Virus record (IMG/VR): IMGVR_UViG_3300036768_001490
Span: 64,001-128,000 of that record
Direction: 5' to 3' (one strand)
Origin: a virus
Length of the DNA: 64,000 nt
Below, piece by piece: positions 1 to 11,400 of this stretch. A model generated the notes under the pieces. The model was not told the DNA's origin, made no database searches, and worked only from the letters and a program-made list of their open reading frames with translations. Each line of letters opens with the position of its first letter. The first letter of the stretch is position 1. The position numbers and the translations under genes were made by a program.

Positions 1-178
1 CCAGGTAGGGCAGGAAGACGTTGGCGGAGCCGGAGGCACGCTTGATGAACTGCCGGCGGTCGTGACCGCGCAGTCTGCCGGATGCCATCTTGACCAGGGA
101 TGCCACCGGGCCGTCAAAGTCCCAGCCGGACGGGCTGACGATCTTGACCATCGCCATGAGTTCTCTTGCCTCCTGCTT

Positions 179-1633
179 CTACTTCCGCTGTTGCTGCTGT
201 TGCTGCTGTTGCTGCTGTTGCTGCTGTTGCTGCTGTTGCTGCTGCGTGGTCGTCGTGGGCTTGACGTGCTTCCGTACCAGCTCGCGCAGGCTTTCATGCC
301 GCTTCGCTTCATCTCGTCTGACGTTGTACAACAGCTCTAATGCTGGCGGTAATGCATAGACTGCTAACCGGCCGCCGACACGTACGCCCTTGCTGGGCGA
401 GGCGTACTGGTACGGTCCAATCCGGCGCAAGGGTCGTCCTGCCTGTCCCTCGGGAGATTTAAGGTAGCCCTCCTGCTTGTATTCGGAAAGTTGGTGGCGG
501 GTAAGTTGCATCTTGACGGGATGGTCGATGCCTGTGGATTGAGTGCTTAATTGCGGTTCTCCTCCTGTGGTGGTTCCTCCTTTCGTGGTTTCTCCTTTCG
601 TTGTTATCTTCGCCGGCGGGTTGTAAATCACCTCCGCTAAGACTTCGTCACGAGGCCCCGTCGTCGTGGAGGCTCTGCTCAGCAGTTCCATTGCCGTCAT
701 GCCTTTCTCTCTGCCCGTCGCCAATGTGGAATAAACCCTCTCCATTCGTTCGGGAGTAGCACCAGGCTTTGGGGTTTTGAGGTCGGGAGCAGTTCCTTTT
801 TCGGCACTAACTCTATTCAAGATGTTGATGACTTCTTCTGGCAATGGTGGATTGATTTCTCTCATTCCCTTAGCCAGATGCAATGGTTCAATAGAAGCCT
901 TCGGCCGGAGGTAGCCGACGCGGAGCCATTCCCCCGTGCGCAGTGGCTGAGTATGTGTCAGGATGTCAACGACCCCCAGGGCCGGCAGGATGGAAGAAGA
1001 GACCGGCAGATTCTTGTCTATGAACGTGTCGCCTCCTCGCCAGGGTTGAAACGTCCTCTTCGCCACGGCTGCCAGGTTTTCGTAGATGTTGCCAGCGTAC
1101 CTTCGGGCCGTGGAAGGCTCGGCGGTCAGATTCCTGACCTGTTCAGACAGCTCATCCAGCTTATTCTCGTCGATTACCACTTTCTTGCCGCCGCCGATGT
1201 CCACCTCGATCTTTTTCCCTCCACTTGCATCTCCTCCTCCACTGCCGCTACTCCCCTTGTTGCCGCTTCCACCCTGGCCGGAGCCGGCGGCCGGGCCACC
1301 TACTCCCATCAGGTGGGCGGCCCCTCCGCCCACTATGGTGCCCGCCAGACCGCCAAGCAGGGCAGGACCGAGGATGCTCCTCCGCTCGTGCTCTTCCTTT
1401 TCCTGGTTGCTCCAGATGGTGCCCAGTCCACCAATGGCAGCGCCGCCGACTCCGCCAATCAGGGCGCTCGCGGCCGTCGGGTTGGCCTTGGCCCATTCGC
1501 CAAAGGAGGTAAGGAAGTCGCGCTCTTTCTGGGCCTTCTTCTCCAACGGGGTCGGTAGGCGCGTGCGCAGCTCCACGGCGCGGCGGGCCAGTGCCTCCAC
1601 CGCTCCTTCCAACGTGGTCCGGTCGGGGTGCAT
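179..1633 (-). CDS. Putative virion/ejection protein: two Gly-zipper helices, LEKKA site, C-terminal polyQ
   Basis: 484 aa; GGVGGAAIGGLG and LLGGLAGTIVGGG segments after LEKKA; ends Q19-RK. Confidence 0.75.
   Translation of the reverse strand: MHPDRTTLEGAVEALARRAVELRTRLPTPLEKKAQKERDFLTSFGEWAKANPTAASALIGGVGGAAIGGLGTIWSNQEKEEHERRSILGPALLGGLAGTIVGGGAAHLMGVGGPAAGSGQGGSGNKGSSGSGGGDASGGKKIEVDIGGGKKVVIDENKLDELSEQVRNLTAEPSTARRYAGNIYENLAAVAKRTFQPWRGGDTFIDKNLPVSSSILPALGVVDILTHTQPLRTGEWLRVGYLRPKASIEPLHLAKGMREINPPLPEEVINILNRVSAEKGTAPDLKTPKPGATPERMERVYSTLATGREKGMTAMELLSRASTTTGPRDEVLAEVIYNPPAKITTKGETTKGGTTTGGEPQLSTQSTGIDHPVKMQLTRHQLSEYKQEGYLKSPEGQAGRPLRRIGPYQYASPSKGVRVGGRLAVYALPPALELLYNVRRDEAKRHESLRELVRKHVKPTTTTQQQQQQQQQQQQQQQQQQQRK
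188..244. repeat. 9-bp microsatellite (ctgttgctg)n encoding 19 Gln
   Basis: Seen directly. Confidence 0.95.
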
Positions 1634-1679
1634 GGCAACCTACCTCCCTGTCTCCTCCTGTCTTTGCCAGCTGTCCGTC

Positions 1680-3020
1680 CTAGCCAAGCACCGACTTGGG
1701 TGCCGAGGCGATCTCCTTCGTGAAAGGAGTTATATCCCTGCTCTGGGCCATGATCCGCTCCGTGTCTGCCAGTTCCTTGGCCTCGAACGGCTCCATCAGC
1801 CCCGCCAGCCGACGGTGCAGTACCGGCCGCAGCAGGGCCGCGTTGTCCGCCACGCGCGGCGCCACCTGGGAGATCTCGTTGTATGCCTGGAGTACCTTGT
1901 CCGGGTCGTAACCCGAAATGGGGTCGTCCGGGTCCGTCATGAATCGGGTCAGCATGGCATGCGACCGGATCTTGCGCAGCTCGTTCCGGTGGGTCGGGTC
2001 TTCCAGTTCTAGCCAGATGTCCTCCAGCAGCTCCTTCTTGGTCTGGGGCACGTTTTCCAGCAGGCGGGACACCATCGAGCCTGCCGTGGCAGCAATCGGA
2101 GTGTTGAACATCACAATGTCAGCGGCCGCCTTGTCACTGCCTCGTTGCGGTCCCGGCGGCCGTGGACCGCTGGCCTGAACGAAAGGGCGGAACGCTTCCT
2201 CCCGTACCGTGGCTTCCTTGGTCCGGCAGGCTGCCAGGGCCTGGCGGGCACGGACGCAGTCCTCCGCCGCCTGGATGCAGGCGCGGATGGAAGAGAACGG
2301 CTCGCTCTCCAGGTCCAGGGGCGACTTCTGGACCGTCAGTCCTGCCGCGGCCCGCTTCTCGCGTAGGTGGGCCTGAGAGTAGACCAGGTCAAGGAGCGGC
2401 GGCGCCGCGTTGCCGAAATAGGTCCGGGCCGCCTGCTCGACCGCGGCGAACGGCAGCCGGTCACGCGCCGTTTTCTTGAAGTAGTGTACCAGGCCGCCGA
2501 CATGGTGCCGGACCCGGTCGGCCGCCGCCGCTGCCCGGCGCGACCATTCCTCGGTCATCTGCTGGTGCCGCTGCACCGCGCCGTAGGCCCTGTGCAGCGC
2601 CGCCATTGAGTCCCGCGGATACGGCGCCGGGCGGTCAGCCAGAGGCGGCATCTCCCGCGCCGCCTTCTCCCGTGCGGGCCGCTTCCACCAGCGGTCCGGC
2701 GGGGAAGCATACTCATCCGGTAGGCGCTCCGACGCTTTCTTCTCGCCGCCGTAGAGATCGGCAATGACCTTCTCCGGGTCCGCCAGCGGATAGCTGGCCA
2801 GCTTGTCCAGGACGTTGCCGCCGCTCTGCCACTGGCCCAGCTGCCGGCCAGTGTTGTAGGCGTGGGCCACCAGCCGGATCTTGCCCGGCCCGAACTTCTC
2901 TTCCCGGGCAACCTTGGCCAGGGCCTGGTCCGGCGCCATGCCCCCTTCCACCAGGTCGTTGGCGCGCCGGACCGCTTCCACCAGCTGCTGCTCTTCCGCC
3001 GAGTCGATGGTCTGGACCAT
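1680..3020 (-). CDS. Hypothetical helical protein with several K-x-A sites (putative virion)
   Basis: 446 aa; SD-like GGAGGGA before ATG; EKKAS, EKAAR, EKRAA, DKAAA. Confidence 0.75.
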   Translation of the reverse strand: MVQTIDSAEEQQLVEAVRRANDLVEGGMAPDQALAKVAREEKFGPGKIRLVAHAYNTGRQLGQWQSGGNVLDKLASYPLADPEKVIADLYGGEKKASERLPDEYASPPDRWWKRPAREKAAREMPPLADRPAPYPRDSMAALHRAYGAVQRHQQMTEEWSRRAAAAADRVRHHVGGLVHYFKKTARDRLPFAAVEQAARTYFGNAAPPLLDLVYSQAHLREKRAAAGLTVQKSPLDLESEPFSSIRACIQAAEDCVRARQALAACRTKEATVREEAFRPFVQASGPRPPGPQRGSDKAAADIVMFNTPIAATAGSMVSRLLENVPQTKKELLEDIWLELEDPTHRNELRKIRSHAMLTRFMTDPDDPISGYDPDKVLQAYNEISQVAPRVADNAALLRPVLHRRLAGLMEPFEAKELADTERIMAQSRDITPFTKEIASAPKSVLG

Positions 3021-3041
3021 GCCGTCCCTCCTTCCTTCTCG

Positions 3042-4079
3042 TTAGGGCAGCGGCGCCTCCTTGCGCGCGGCAGCGCCGGACTTCCGGCTGGGAGCCGGCA
3101 ACTTGTCCGGCCAGTCCTTGCCCAGGTCCGGCGCCTGCCCTCCGGCCGCGACCTGGAGCAGCTCATCATCGCGCAGCTCGGCCGCCATGCGGTCGAAGCG
3201 ACCGACCTCCGTGTCGCGGTATACCTTGTCCCCCTCGTCGCCGAAGGCCCAGGGGATCTCGTCGATCATGGCCTGGATGTGCCGCTCCGTGACTGTCCGT
3301 TGCTGCTCGCGCGACTCCTCCGAGCGCTCGAACTCGATGATGCGGGCGTGGATCTGGAACAGCTCCATCGCGTTGTACTTGTTGACCTCGAACTGGAGCG
3401 CCGCCTGCACGGAGCGCCGCCGGATGATGGCCGCCCAGGTCGCGTCCAGCCAGTTGGCCATGTCATCTGGCGACGTCAGCGGCTTGCCGACAGGCAGCGC
3501 GTGGATGAAAAAGTCAACCAGGTGCGGGCCGCCGAAGTAGGCGAACAGCTTGAGCGAGGCGTCTAGGAACGGGTGAGCCACGGTGCTGTCACGCGGCATG
3601 ACCACGCCGTCGTGGCTGACCGGCGCGGGGGCATAGTGCCGGTCGAACGCGGGCAGCAGCACCTGCTTGGTGATCCAGTCCCGCGCGTTCAGGTGCTCGA
3701 CCACGTTGAAGAACAGTGCCTCGTACCAGCGGATGGCGCCTGGCGTCGTCTTCATGACCTCGGCGATGTGCTCGAAGCTCTGTCGGGCCAGCAGGCGCGC
3801 CTCGATGAACAGGGCCCCTTCCGGCTCGCTGCTGTACCGCTCGTGGAACTCGTGCGCGTAGTACAGGTCGGGCATGTCCCAGAACAGGCGCTCGCGGTCA
3901 GCTTCGCTTTCGATGTGCTGCCAGCGCAGCTGGAACTTGCGCGCGGCCCGGATGAACTCGTCGTCGTGCCGCGTGCAGCGGCCGGGATTGGACCAGCGCA
4001 TCATGGACATGACCCGTTCCCAGCGCCAGTCTGGCCGACAGAAGAAGCTCTTCTTCTGATAGGTGGCGTTCAACTTCAT
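3042..4079 (-). CDS. Hypothetical protein
   Basis: 345 aa, globular composition, operon spacing. Confidence 0.75.
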   Translation of the reverse strand: MKLNATYQKKSFFCRPDWRWERVMSMMRWSNPGRCTRHDDEFIRAARKFQLRWQHIESEADRERLFWDMPDLYYAHEFHERYSSEPEGALFIEARLLARQSFEHIAEVMKTTPGAIRWYEALFFNVVEHLNARDWITKQVLLPAFDRHYAPAPVSHDGVVMPRDSTVAHPFLDASLKLFAYFGGPHLVDFFIHALPVGKPLTSPDDMANWLDATWAAIIRRRSVQAALQFEVNKYNAMELFQIHARIIEFERSEESREQQRTVTERHIQAMIDEIPWAFGDEGDKVYRDTEVGRFDRMAAELRDDELLQVAAGGQAPDLGKDWPDKLPAPSRKSGAAARKEAPLP

Positions 4080-4094
4080 GCTTGTCCTCTCCCC

Positions 4095-4556
4095 TTACTG
4101 GCCCACGCACTGTTCGCCGCCGATGCACAGGGCAAACTTCTTCGCGCCGGACCCCTGCGGCGCGATCTTGACGTACAGCTTGCGCACGTTGCCGAGCTGC
4201 CGCCCGGGCGGCTGCCGGTCCTGACTGTAGAATATGAAGCCGTAGCCACCGGTGGCCGTGTCCGAGAAGTAGATGAGCTTGCCGTTGCTGCCGTGCAGGT
4301 CGGGCGTGACCCGATAGCAGTCGGGCGGGATCGGACCCGTCTCGGATCCGACCGTGTCGGACATCTCCGTCCCCTCCAGCACGCTGACGTGGTTGTACAG
4401 GGCCACGGTCAGGTCGGCGAGGACGCCGTCGTACTGGACCACGATGATCTTCGAGACCGACGTGCGGCTCGGAAAGTCCACCGCGACAACCCGAGCGTCG
4501 CCACCCTGGATCTCGATGCCCGACATTGGCGGAATTTCGTAAGGCACGCCCCCCAT
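4095..4556 (-). CDS. Hypothetical beta-rich protein
   Basis: 153 aa; ATG abuts upstream stop. Confidence 0.7.
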   Translation of the reverse strand: MGGVPYEIPPMSGIEIQGGDARVVAVDFPSRTSVSKIIVVQYDGVLADLTVALYNHVSVLEGTEMSDTVGSETGPIPPDCYRVTPDLHGSNGKLIYFSDTATGGYGFIFYSQDRQPPGRQLGNVRKLYVKIAPQGSGAKKFALCIGGEQCVGQ

Positions 4557-4558
4557 TG

Positions 4559-7243
4559 CTAGTTCCTCGCTGCTTCCAGGACGCTGGGCTCGGACGGGTC
4601 GGGGTTGCCCACGCCGTCCAGCAGGCTGCCGATGCCCTTGACTGTCTTCTCCTGGAGGAACAGGCAGACGTCGCCCAGCGTCTCAAAGGCGTTCCGGATG
4701 GAGTCCTCCAGCTCGGGCAAGTCTTGCTTGCCGTAGCGGTCCTCGAACTCCTCCTGGTGCCAGTAGAACATGAACAGGATCCGTCCCAGCTTGTCCAGCG
4801 CCTTCATCAGGTCGCCCAGGTAGCGGTCGATGAGGGTTTCCTGCCGCACCGACTTGAGCATGCCGCTTATCATGGCGGTGTCGAAGACCTCCTTCTGCCC
4901 GGACATGACCGCCTGCTGCGCCACCTGCATGGCCCGCTCGTCCGGCAGGTAGAAGGGGTCGTAGGCGGACGGGTTGGCCAGCTGGGACGACAGCGCGTCC
5001 ACCGGCAGGAACTCCTCCTGCGGGTAGATGGCAGGGACCGCGCCCAGGCCGCTGGGCTCGACCCCCAATAGCGGCGGCGGGAGCGCGGGCGCCTGCGGCC
5101 CCGGTTGCAGGTCCGTTCCCAGAGGCAGAGGGAAGCCCTGGCCGTACTTGACGAAGTAGGTGACGGGGCGGCCGCGCAGCCGGCTGGCGGCTGCTTCCTT
5201 GAGCATGAGGCGTGCCTGCTTCTCGCGCAGGCCGTGGTCGCGCACCAGGGAGATGAGCGCCGCCTTCTTGGACATGCGCTCCTGTCCGCGCTCGCTCCGG
5301 ATCCACACCTCGCCGGCACCCGTGTCGTGCAACCGCACCTGCGGCAGCGTGCCTTGCAGCATGAACTGGACGTCAATCAGGTTGCCTGGCTGGATCGGAG
5401 TATCAGCCGAGCCACTGTGGCCGCTGTCCTTCGCCTCGTCGTCCTCTTCCGCCCCGGAAGGCGCTTCGACCGTGATGACCTTGTAGTCTGCCGGCACGTA
5501 CAGCTCTCCGTTGACCGAGCGCAGGCCGGAGCCCCGCCGCCGGTTGATGACCAGCCAGTCGCCTCCTTGACCGTAGACCATCCACTCGCGGTGGCGCGGC
5601 CATTGCCTCCGGGCCGCTTGGCCAGGAGGGACGTCCCACCAGCGCACCTGGTCCTGCCATTCCACCCGGTAAGTGCCGTCGCCGTAGTCCTCCAGCACGC
5701 GGAACGGCACCGTACCCGAGCCGTTGGCGTGCAGGGCGACATAGGTGCCGCCCTCTTCCAGGCTGTCCACGCTGTCCAGGCCACGGACATAGTCCACGAA
5801 GTCCTGGCGCACCGGACAGTCGCAGGTCTTGACCCAGATGTTGTGGCGGTGCGTGTTTAGCCAGTCCCGCGGCCGTTCCCGCCGCAGCACCAGATAGAAG
5901 TCCTCGCGGCCGCGGCCGGAGTGAGGATGGCAGATGACCACCATCTCCTGGAAAGTGCCCGGCTTCTCCAGCACTTCGTACAGGCCGCTCTCCGCCGGGT
6001 TGGCCAGCTCCATCCGGACCTGCGTGTTGTAGGCGATGCTGGTGTCGTCACCGTGCGGGTCGCGCTGGTCCCGGATGAGTACCGTGTCGCGCAGCAGCCG
6101 CTCCCGTTCCTCCTCGGTCAGCTCGTCCTTGTTGACCGTGATGGGCACGTCGCCGTCCACGTCCAGGGCGATGACGGTCAGGCTGGCCTTCTTGGGCTCC
6201 TGCTCCTGCTCTGCCTCGTTCAGCAGCGCCGGCTGGGGCTGCTTATTCTTTTTGTTGCGCCGCAAGGGACGGGGAGGAACGATGTAGGACTCCGCTGCCT
6301 TGGTGACGAGGCTGTCCGCCGTGACCAGGGCCTGCTCGGCCAGGCGGCGGAAGAAGTCGGCGCCGTAGAACTGGTCGAAGCCTTTTTTGATGAGAGGATA
6401 CTTCAGGTAGCACTGCTCGAAGGCTAGCTTGAGCAGAGGGAAGTCCGCCAGGAAGCCGGACAGGTCGAACCGGTGCGCATGGGGTGCCAGGGCAGCCTTC
6501 CAGGGGGACGCCACGACCTGGTCCAGGCGCAGGTCGGTGGCGTCCTTGACCAGGTCGGGGTACAGGGCACTAGCCTTTCCGACTGCCAGGGCGCAGGCAA
6601 GCGGAAGGAATGGCCGGGCCCAAGCGGCAACGTGGACCGGCAACACCTGGCCGTGCCGGTCGGCGGCATACTTGGAGACGGACGGCGGCAGCTGGAGGCG
6701 GGTCAGATTGGGCATCAGGCCGCCAAGCTGGAAGGTGGTCTGATCGGACGGCTCTCCCAGGGTGTGGGGCAGGCGCGAGATCAGGTGGTTGACCCAGTTC
6801 TCCTTCAGGGGGACAAAGGTGTTGTACTTCTTGATGTAGAGCAGCTCGTGCCCTTTCAGGTCGCCATTGAGGAAGAAGCAGGGGACGTAGAGCCACTGGT
6901 CTCCCACCTTGAAGCCGAACAGGCCCACCGCCTTGGTGTTGTCCTCGTTGCGGTCCACGAGCTGGAAGCCGATAATGAAGTCCAGCAGGCGCGGGCTCTT
7001 GTCCTTGATGTAGGAGTAGGCAAGCGAGGAGAATGCCTGCTCGAACCCTTGCTCCTGCTCGCCGCCCAGGGACGCTGTCTTGAAGTGGGTGGTAGCACAG
7101 GAGCGCAGGTGCTGCCGGAGCGCCCGCGGCGGCAGGGCCGAGCGCCAGTAGGAACCGACCGCCGTGGCCCGTTTCTCGAACAGCGACTTGCGCGCGGTGT
7201 ACATGGCTGACGTCACCTCGTCCTTGTTCCTGGTCACGGTCAA
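4559..7243 (-). CDS. Large hypothetical protein with multiple K-x-A sites (putative virion)
   Basis: 894 aa; TTG start overlaps upstream TGA (TTGA coupling); FEKRA, HFKTA, VTKAA, PKKAS. Confidence 0.8.
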   Translation of the reverse strand: MTVTRNKDEVTSAMYTARKSLFEKRATAVGSYWRSALPPRALRQHLRSCATTHFKTASLGGEQEQGFEQAFSSLAYSYIKDKSPRLLDFIIGFQLVDRNEDNTKAVGLFGFKVGDQWLYVPCFFLNGDLKGHELLYIKKYNTFVPLKENWVNHLISRLPHTLGEPSDQTTFQLGGLMPNLTRLQLPPSVSKYAADRHGQVLPVHVAAWARPFLPLACALAVGKASALYPDLVKDATDLRLDQVVASPWKAALAPHAHRFDLSGFLADFPLLKLAFEQCYLKYPLIKKGFDQFYGADFFRRLAEQALVTADSLVTKAAESYIVPPRPLRRNKKNKQPQPALLNEAEQEQEPKKASLTVIALDVDGDVPITVNKDELTEEERERLLRDTVLIRDQRDPHGDDTSIAYNTQVRMELANPAESGLYEVLEKPGTFQEMVVICHPHSGRGREDFYLVLRRERPRDWLNTHRHNIWVKTCDCPVRQDFVDYVRGLDSVDSLEEGGTYVALHANGSGTVPFRVLEDYGDGTYRVEWQDQVRWWDVPPGQAARRQWPRHREWMVYGQGGDWLVINRRRGSGLRSVNGELYVPADYKVITVEAPSGAEEDDEAKDSGHSGSADTPIQPGNLIDVQFMLQGTLPQVRLHDTGAGEVWIRSERGQERMSKKAALISLVRDHGLREKQARLMLKEAAASRLRGRPVTYFVKYGQGFPLPLGTDLQPGPQAPALPPPLLGVEPSGLGAVPAIYPQEEFLPVDALSSQLANPSAYDPFYLPDERAMQVAQQAVMSGQKEVFDTAMISGMLKSVRQETLIDRYLGDLMKALDKLGRILFMFYWHQEEFEDRYGKQDLPELEDSIRNAFETLGDVCLFLQEKTVKGIGSLLDGVGNPDPSEPSVLEAARN

Positions 7244-8415
7244 TAGTAATTCGAGTTCAACAGTCTGTTGATGTCGTAGGCGGCGTATTGCTGCGCCTGC
7301 TGCTGGCGTTTGCGTTCGTCCTTCTTCTGCGGGAGGATGTGTTCATACGTGAACGCCTGGGGGCGATAGTTAAGTTTAACTGGAGCGTATGGATTCATGT
7401 ACGCATGGTGGATCTGGTTCCCCCGTTGCTGGTAACGGCCTGGACCAAAATGTGACAGGTAGCCGAGGCTGTCGTCTACTTCGTCATCAAACTTCTGTTG
7501 TCCAGGTTGTGCCGGCTGAGCTGGTGGCTTCGCTGGTGGCTGCGCTGGTGGCTGCGCTGGTGGCTGCGCTTGCTGCATCTCGGAAGGATGGTACGTTACG
7601 TTCAACGGTATAGGAAATCGCATATTTTCGCTCTTACTCTCTGGATTACTCCTGTAATAAGTTTGCCAGTTGCCCGAACCTTTTGCGAGTTCTCGCAGTT
7701 CTCCGAGCCTTGATGTTGGAATAAATTCCATCTGCTGACTGCTCCGCAGGCTTTCTATTTGGTCATTCAGCACTTGTTTACGAAAAGGATTGGTTTCATT
7801 GTTGGCCTCAGTTTCCAATAAACGTATGGTTTCAGCAATTCTTTTGCCAACGTCCGATTTGCTGTACTCGTAGTCGTATTCCTTTTTTAACTTACTTAAT
7901 GCCTTCTGTGCGCTATCCAAGTAATACTGGGCATTCACTGATCCGCCGAAAGACTTTGGTAGGGAATCTAGGAGGGTATAATCTGAACCAAATTCGTTTT
8001 TCTTCAGCTGATTTATCAAACGCAGCTTCTTGCTAATATCTCCCGCTGATCCAATATCACTGTATAGTGATCGAACCAACTCATTGTAACGCTCCATAGC
8101 GTTTTGGTAGGCTTCCTCCGCTGGAACCTCTTTGAAGAAAGGTGACAACCAGGGTGGCGGAGCGTCTTTTGCACCATATTTCAGATCACGATGAACGTCG
8201 GATATATGGCCATATAATCCTGTGCCAATACCAGTAATCCCGAGAGCACCGAGTATTTTTCCGTAATGATTTCTTAAAAGATTAGTAGCAGAGCCAAGCA
8301 ATGGAATCCTTGGCCCTCTGTACAGAGCATCCTTGTACAGACCATTGCGGCGGCAGATGTCGTCCAGTGTGGCACGGCAGGCGAGCGCCAACCCCGCGGT
8401 GAGTTCCCTGTTCAT
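7240..8415 (-). CDS. Gly-zipper membrane-type protein with AT-rich cargo region and QPPA repeats
   Basis: Start moved to ATG 8415 (SD-like GAGAGGA); LGALGITGIGTGLYG helix after LYKDA. Confidence 0.7.
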   Translation of the reverse strand: MNRELTAGLALACRATLDDICRRNGLYKDALYRGPRIPLLGSATNLLRNHYGKILGALGITGIGTGLYGHISDVHRDLKYGAKDAPPPWLSPFFKEVPAEEAYQNAMERYNELVRSLYSDIGSAGDISKKLRLINQLKKNEFGSDYTLLDSLPKSFGGSVNAQYYLDSAQKALSKLKKEYDYEYSKSDVGKRIAETIRLLETEANNETNPFRKQVLNDQIESLRSSQQMEFIPTSRLGELRELAKGSGNWQTYYRSNPESKSENMRFPIPLNVTYHPSEMQQAQPPAQPPAQPPAKPPAQPAQPGQQKFDDEVDDSLGYLSHFGPGRYQQRGNQIHHAYMNPYAPVKLNYRPQAFTYEHILPQKKDERKRQQQAQQYAAYDINRLLNSNYY

Positions 8416-8485
8416 GGTTTCGTCCTCTCTTCCTTCAGGCATGGCGATTATAATCACCAGCGCCGGTAAGTTGCCAGCCTGGCCG

Positions 8486-11400
8486 TTACCAGCCAAAGGT
8501 CTCGCGGAACTGGCGTCTCCAGTGCAGGGGATTGAGCGCCGGCAGCGTTCTGCCGCCCGTGCCTGGAATGACCGCATTGCCTGTCAAATAGTCATCCCAG
8601 CCGGCCGCGGGACGCGAAAGAACGTCAACGATAAATTCAGTAGCATTGACAGCTCGGCGGAGGCCCTTGGTGTCCTTGGTGCCCTTCGCGTTCTCTTCAG
8701 CTAGCGCGCCAGCTAGAGCGTCCCTGACCAAGGTGGCCTCTTCCAGCATCTTCCCTCCCGTGAGCGGGTTCAGCGCTTCCTTGCGCTCCTCGTGACTGAA
8801 CGGGTTGATCATCTTGTGCCCCATCGCCATGTAAGTGAGGGACTGGGTGGGCGAAAGTTTGGAACTTTCTATGACAAGCTGGGCAGGCGTCTTGGTCTTG
8901 GCAATTTCCACATCGCGGATGAATTTCTCTTCCTGTTGGCTCAAACTTTCTCCTCTGGCCTTCTTGGCCTTGAGCCTCTCTGCTTCGGGGATGTCCTTTT
9001 CATGCAGTTGCTTCATCACGATCTTCTCGGCCTCCGTGGCAATGCCTTCCGCCTGCGCTGACATCGTCGTGCCGGCCGTGTGGATGTCCGCGACCGTCTT
9101 GGTAATGTTCTTAATCAGGTTCATGCTGCCTTCTGGGTTGTTGCTGTCCCGCTCAACGCGCGTGATCCCCTTGAACAGCCGGTGGAGCGAGTCGGCGACG
9201 ACGTTGCCCAGGGGGCCGTAATCCTTCGCACGCTCGTCTTCACTCAGCTGCAGTGCCGGCGTGAACGCGAAGGGGTCCACCGCGTTTCCACTCGCCAGCT
9301 CGCCTCGCCGGAGCCTGTCAGCCTGGTGTTTCCGGATGAGATTGCCAACGGCCGCCTGCGCCTCGAAGTGCTTGCCGATGTTCGACTCGGACGTCAGCTT
9401 GCTCTTGGCGGCGCCGTCGTCTGCCTGATCTTCGGACAGTGCCCGGTACAGGTCTTTGAAAAGGTTGTAACCCTCCACGCCCAGCTGGGCCCCTCCTTCC
9501 AGCATGATACGGCCGGTGTTGACGTGGTTGGAGCGAATGCCAAGTGCCGTGAGCAAGTTCATGCCCGGCTGCTGCCGCCACTTGTACAAGTCGAACAGGT
9601 CGGCCGTTCCCTGGATGGCCTTCTGGTTCTCGCTGCGGAACTTTCCCTCGGACGAGAGCAGCCGGTCCCAGCCGCCCTCTTGCCAGTCCTCCAGAATGTT
9701 GCTTCCGGCTTCGCCCAGGCCAGCGATAATAGCCGCAGGATTGACGACATATTTGCCTAGCCAGCCGGCCACGTTGAGCATCTTCGTGCCGCCGGACGTC
9801 AGTCCTCCCGCCGCGTTGAGGAGCCGAGCCGTAGTTCTTTCGCCCAGCAGGCGTTTCGCCACGTTGCTGGACGCTAGCCAATTCAGGGCCGTGCCGGTGC
9901 CTTGCATTCCACTGCCGGAAATCGAGGACAGCGCCTGCACGCCGGAAAACGGCAAGGACGCCAGGCTGACATAATTGTGCCACTTGAGCTGATTGTCGTC
10001 TTTCTTGCCTGCTGCCTCTGCATTATTGCTATTGTTTACGGCGGCGTCGCTATTGTTTACGACAGCATCTTCATGGCCACGGCCCAGGTCGAAGGCCAAG
10101 TAGGCCGGCGGCACAGCATACTGGTGGGGCGAGTGGGACGATTGGGAATACGGGTGGGGCAAGTGGGGCGATTGGGAGAAATCGTAGCTGAAGGTCCGCG
10201 GGCCGGTGACGTAGTCACCGTAGTCAGGCTGCTGCTGGCTGTTCTCGCCGGGACGTCCCGTCCCAGGCAGGTATCCTGGCGGCACCGGTCTGCCCTGTCC
10301 CTGCTGGCCTGGTCCAAAGGGCTGGTACTGGTACTGGCCGCGCACGTAGGGGCTCCGGCTGGTCAGGACATGGATCGCGTTCGGGTCCAGCAGGGAGCCG
10401 AAGCGGATGGCAGAGCCGACCAGGCCGCCGAAGCCAGAGTTGGGATCGTTCGGGTTGCCGCCGCCGCGGACAAACATGGCGGCCTGACGCGGATCGTCGT
10501 GCTGCCACATCATGGGTCTGCCCCGCGTGTACTCCCCCTGGTGCGGCGCGTACTGGTAGGGCTGGTACATGGTGGCGGGAGTGCGCACGACGCCGCGGAA
10601 CGGGTCTGGATTCCGGACAGAGGTTGGGCGGGTGGCCCCGGCGGTATGGGAGTTCCCTGCTGGCTGTGCCGCCGGCTTCGCCCCGCCGGAAGGATTCGCT
10701 CCGCCAGAGGCCGCCACCGGCTTGCTGCTGTCCTTGTTGTCGTCGGCGGCGGACTTGCCGAAGAACTGCGCCTCCGCCTGCCGCAGCAGGGCGTCCGCTT
10801 CCTGCCGCTGCGCTTCCTGGTCCCAGGACGACTTGTACCAGCCGCGGAAGATGCGGGACAGCATGCTGCCGCCCTCGTCGCTGCCGGCAGCTGCCGGAGG
10901 AGGTAAGTCGAGCGCCAGGCCGTCCGTGGCTACTAGCCGCGGTGCCGTCTTTCGCCGCGCCCCTCCCCGGGCGCTTTCCTCCATGCCGTCGGGAACGGTC
11001 CCCGGCTCCGGCTGACGTACCGGTCCGACCAGGCCGAAGTCCGAGGCCCTGGCCAGACCCGGCACGAAGCTGGTGCCGGACTCGTCCCAGCCGCGCCCCC
11101 GGTGGACGGCCTCCAGCAGGCCACCCTTGATGCCGGAGCCGTACATGCGCGCCAGGACGTCCGGGTCGTGCTGGAGAGAGTACATGCCGCGGATCATCTC
11201 GCCCTGGAACGGCGGCGGCTCGTCATGGACGACTACCCGCCGGATGCCGAACTGCTGAAGTTCCCGGATGACGCTGGGACGGACCCGGGTGCCGATGGTG
11301 TAGTGCAGCACCGGCTTCTCCAGGTACTTGCCGACCGCGCGGCGCACGTCCAGCTCCTGGTGGCCGGCGCGGGGCTGGTAGTTGTATTCCAGCGTGGCGT

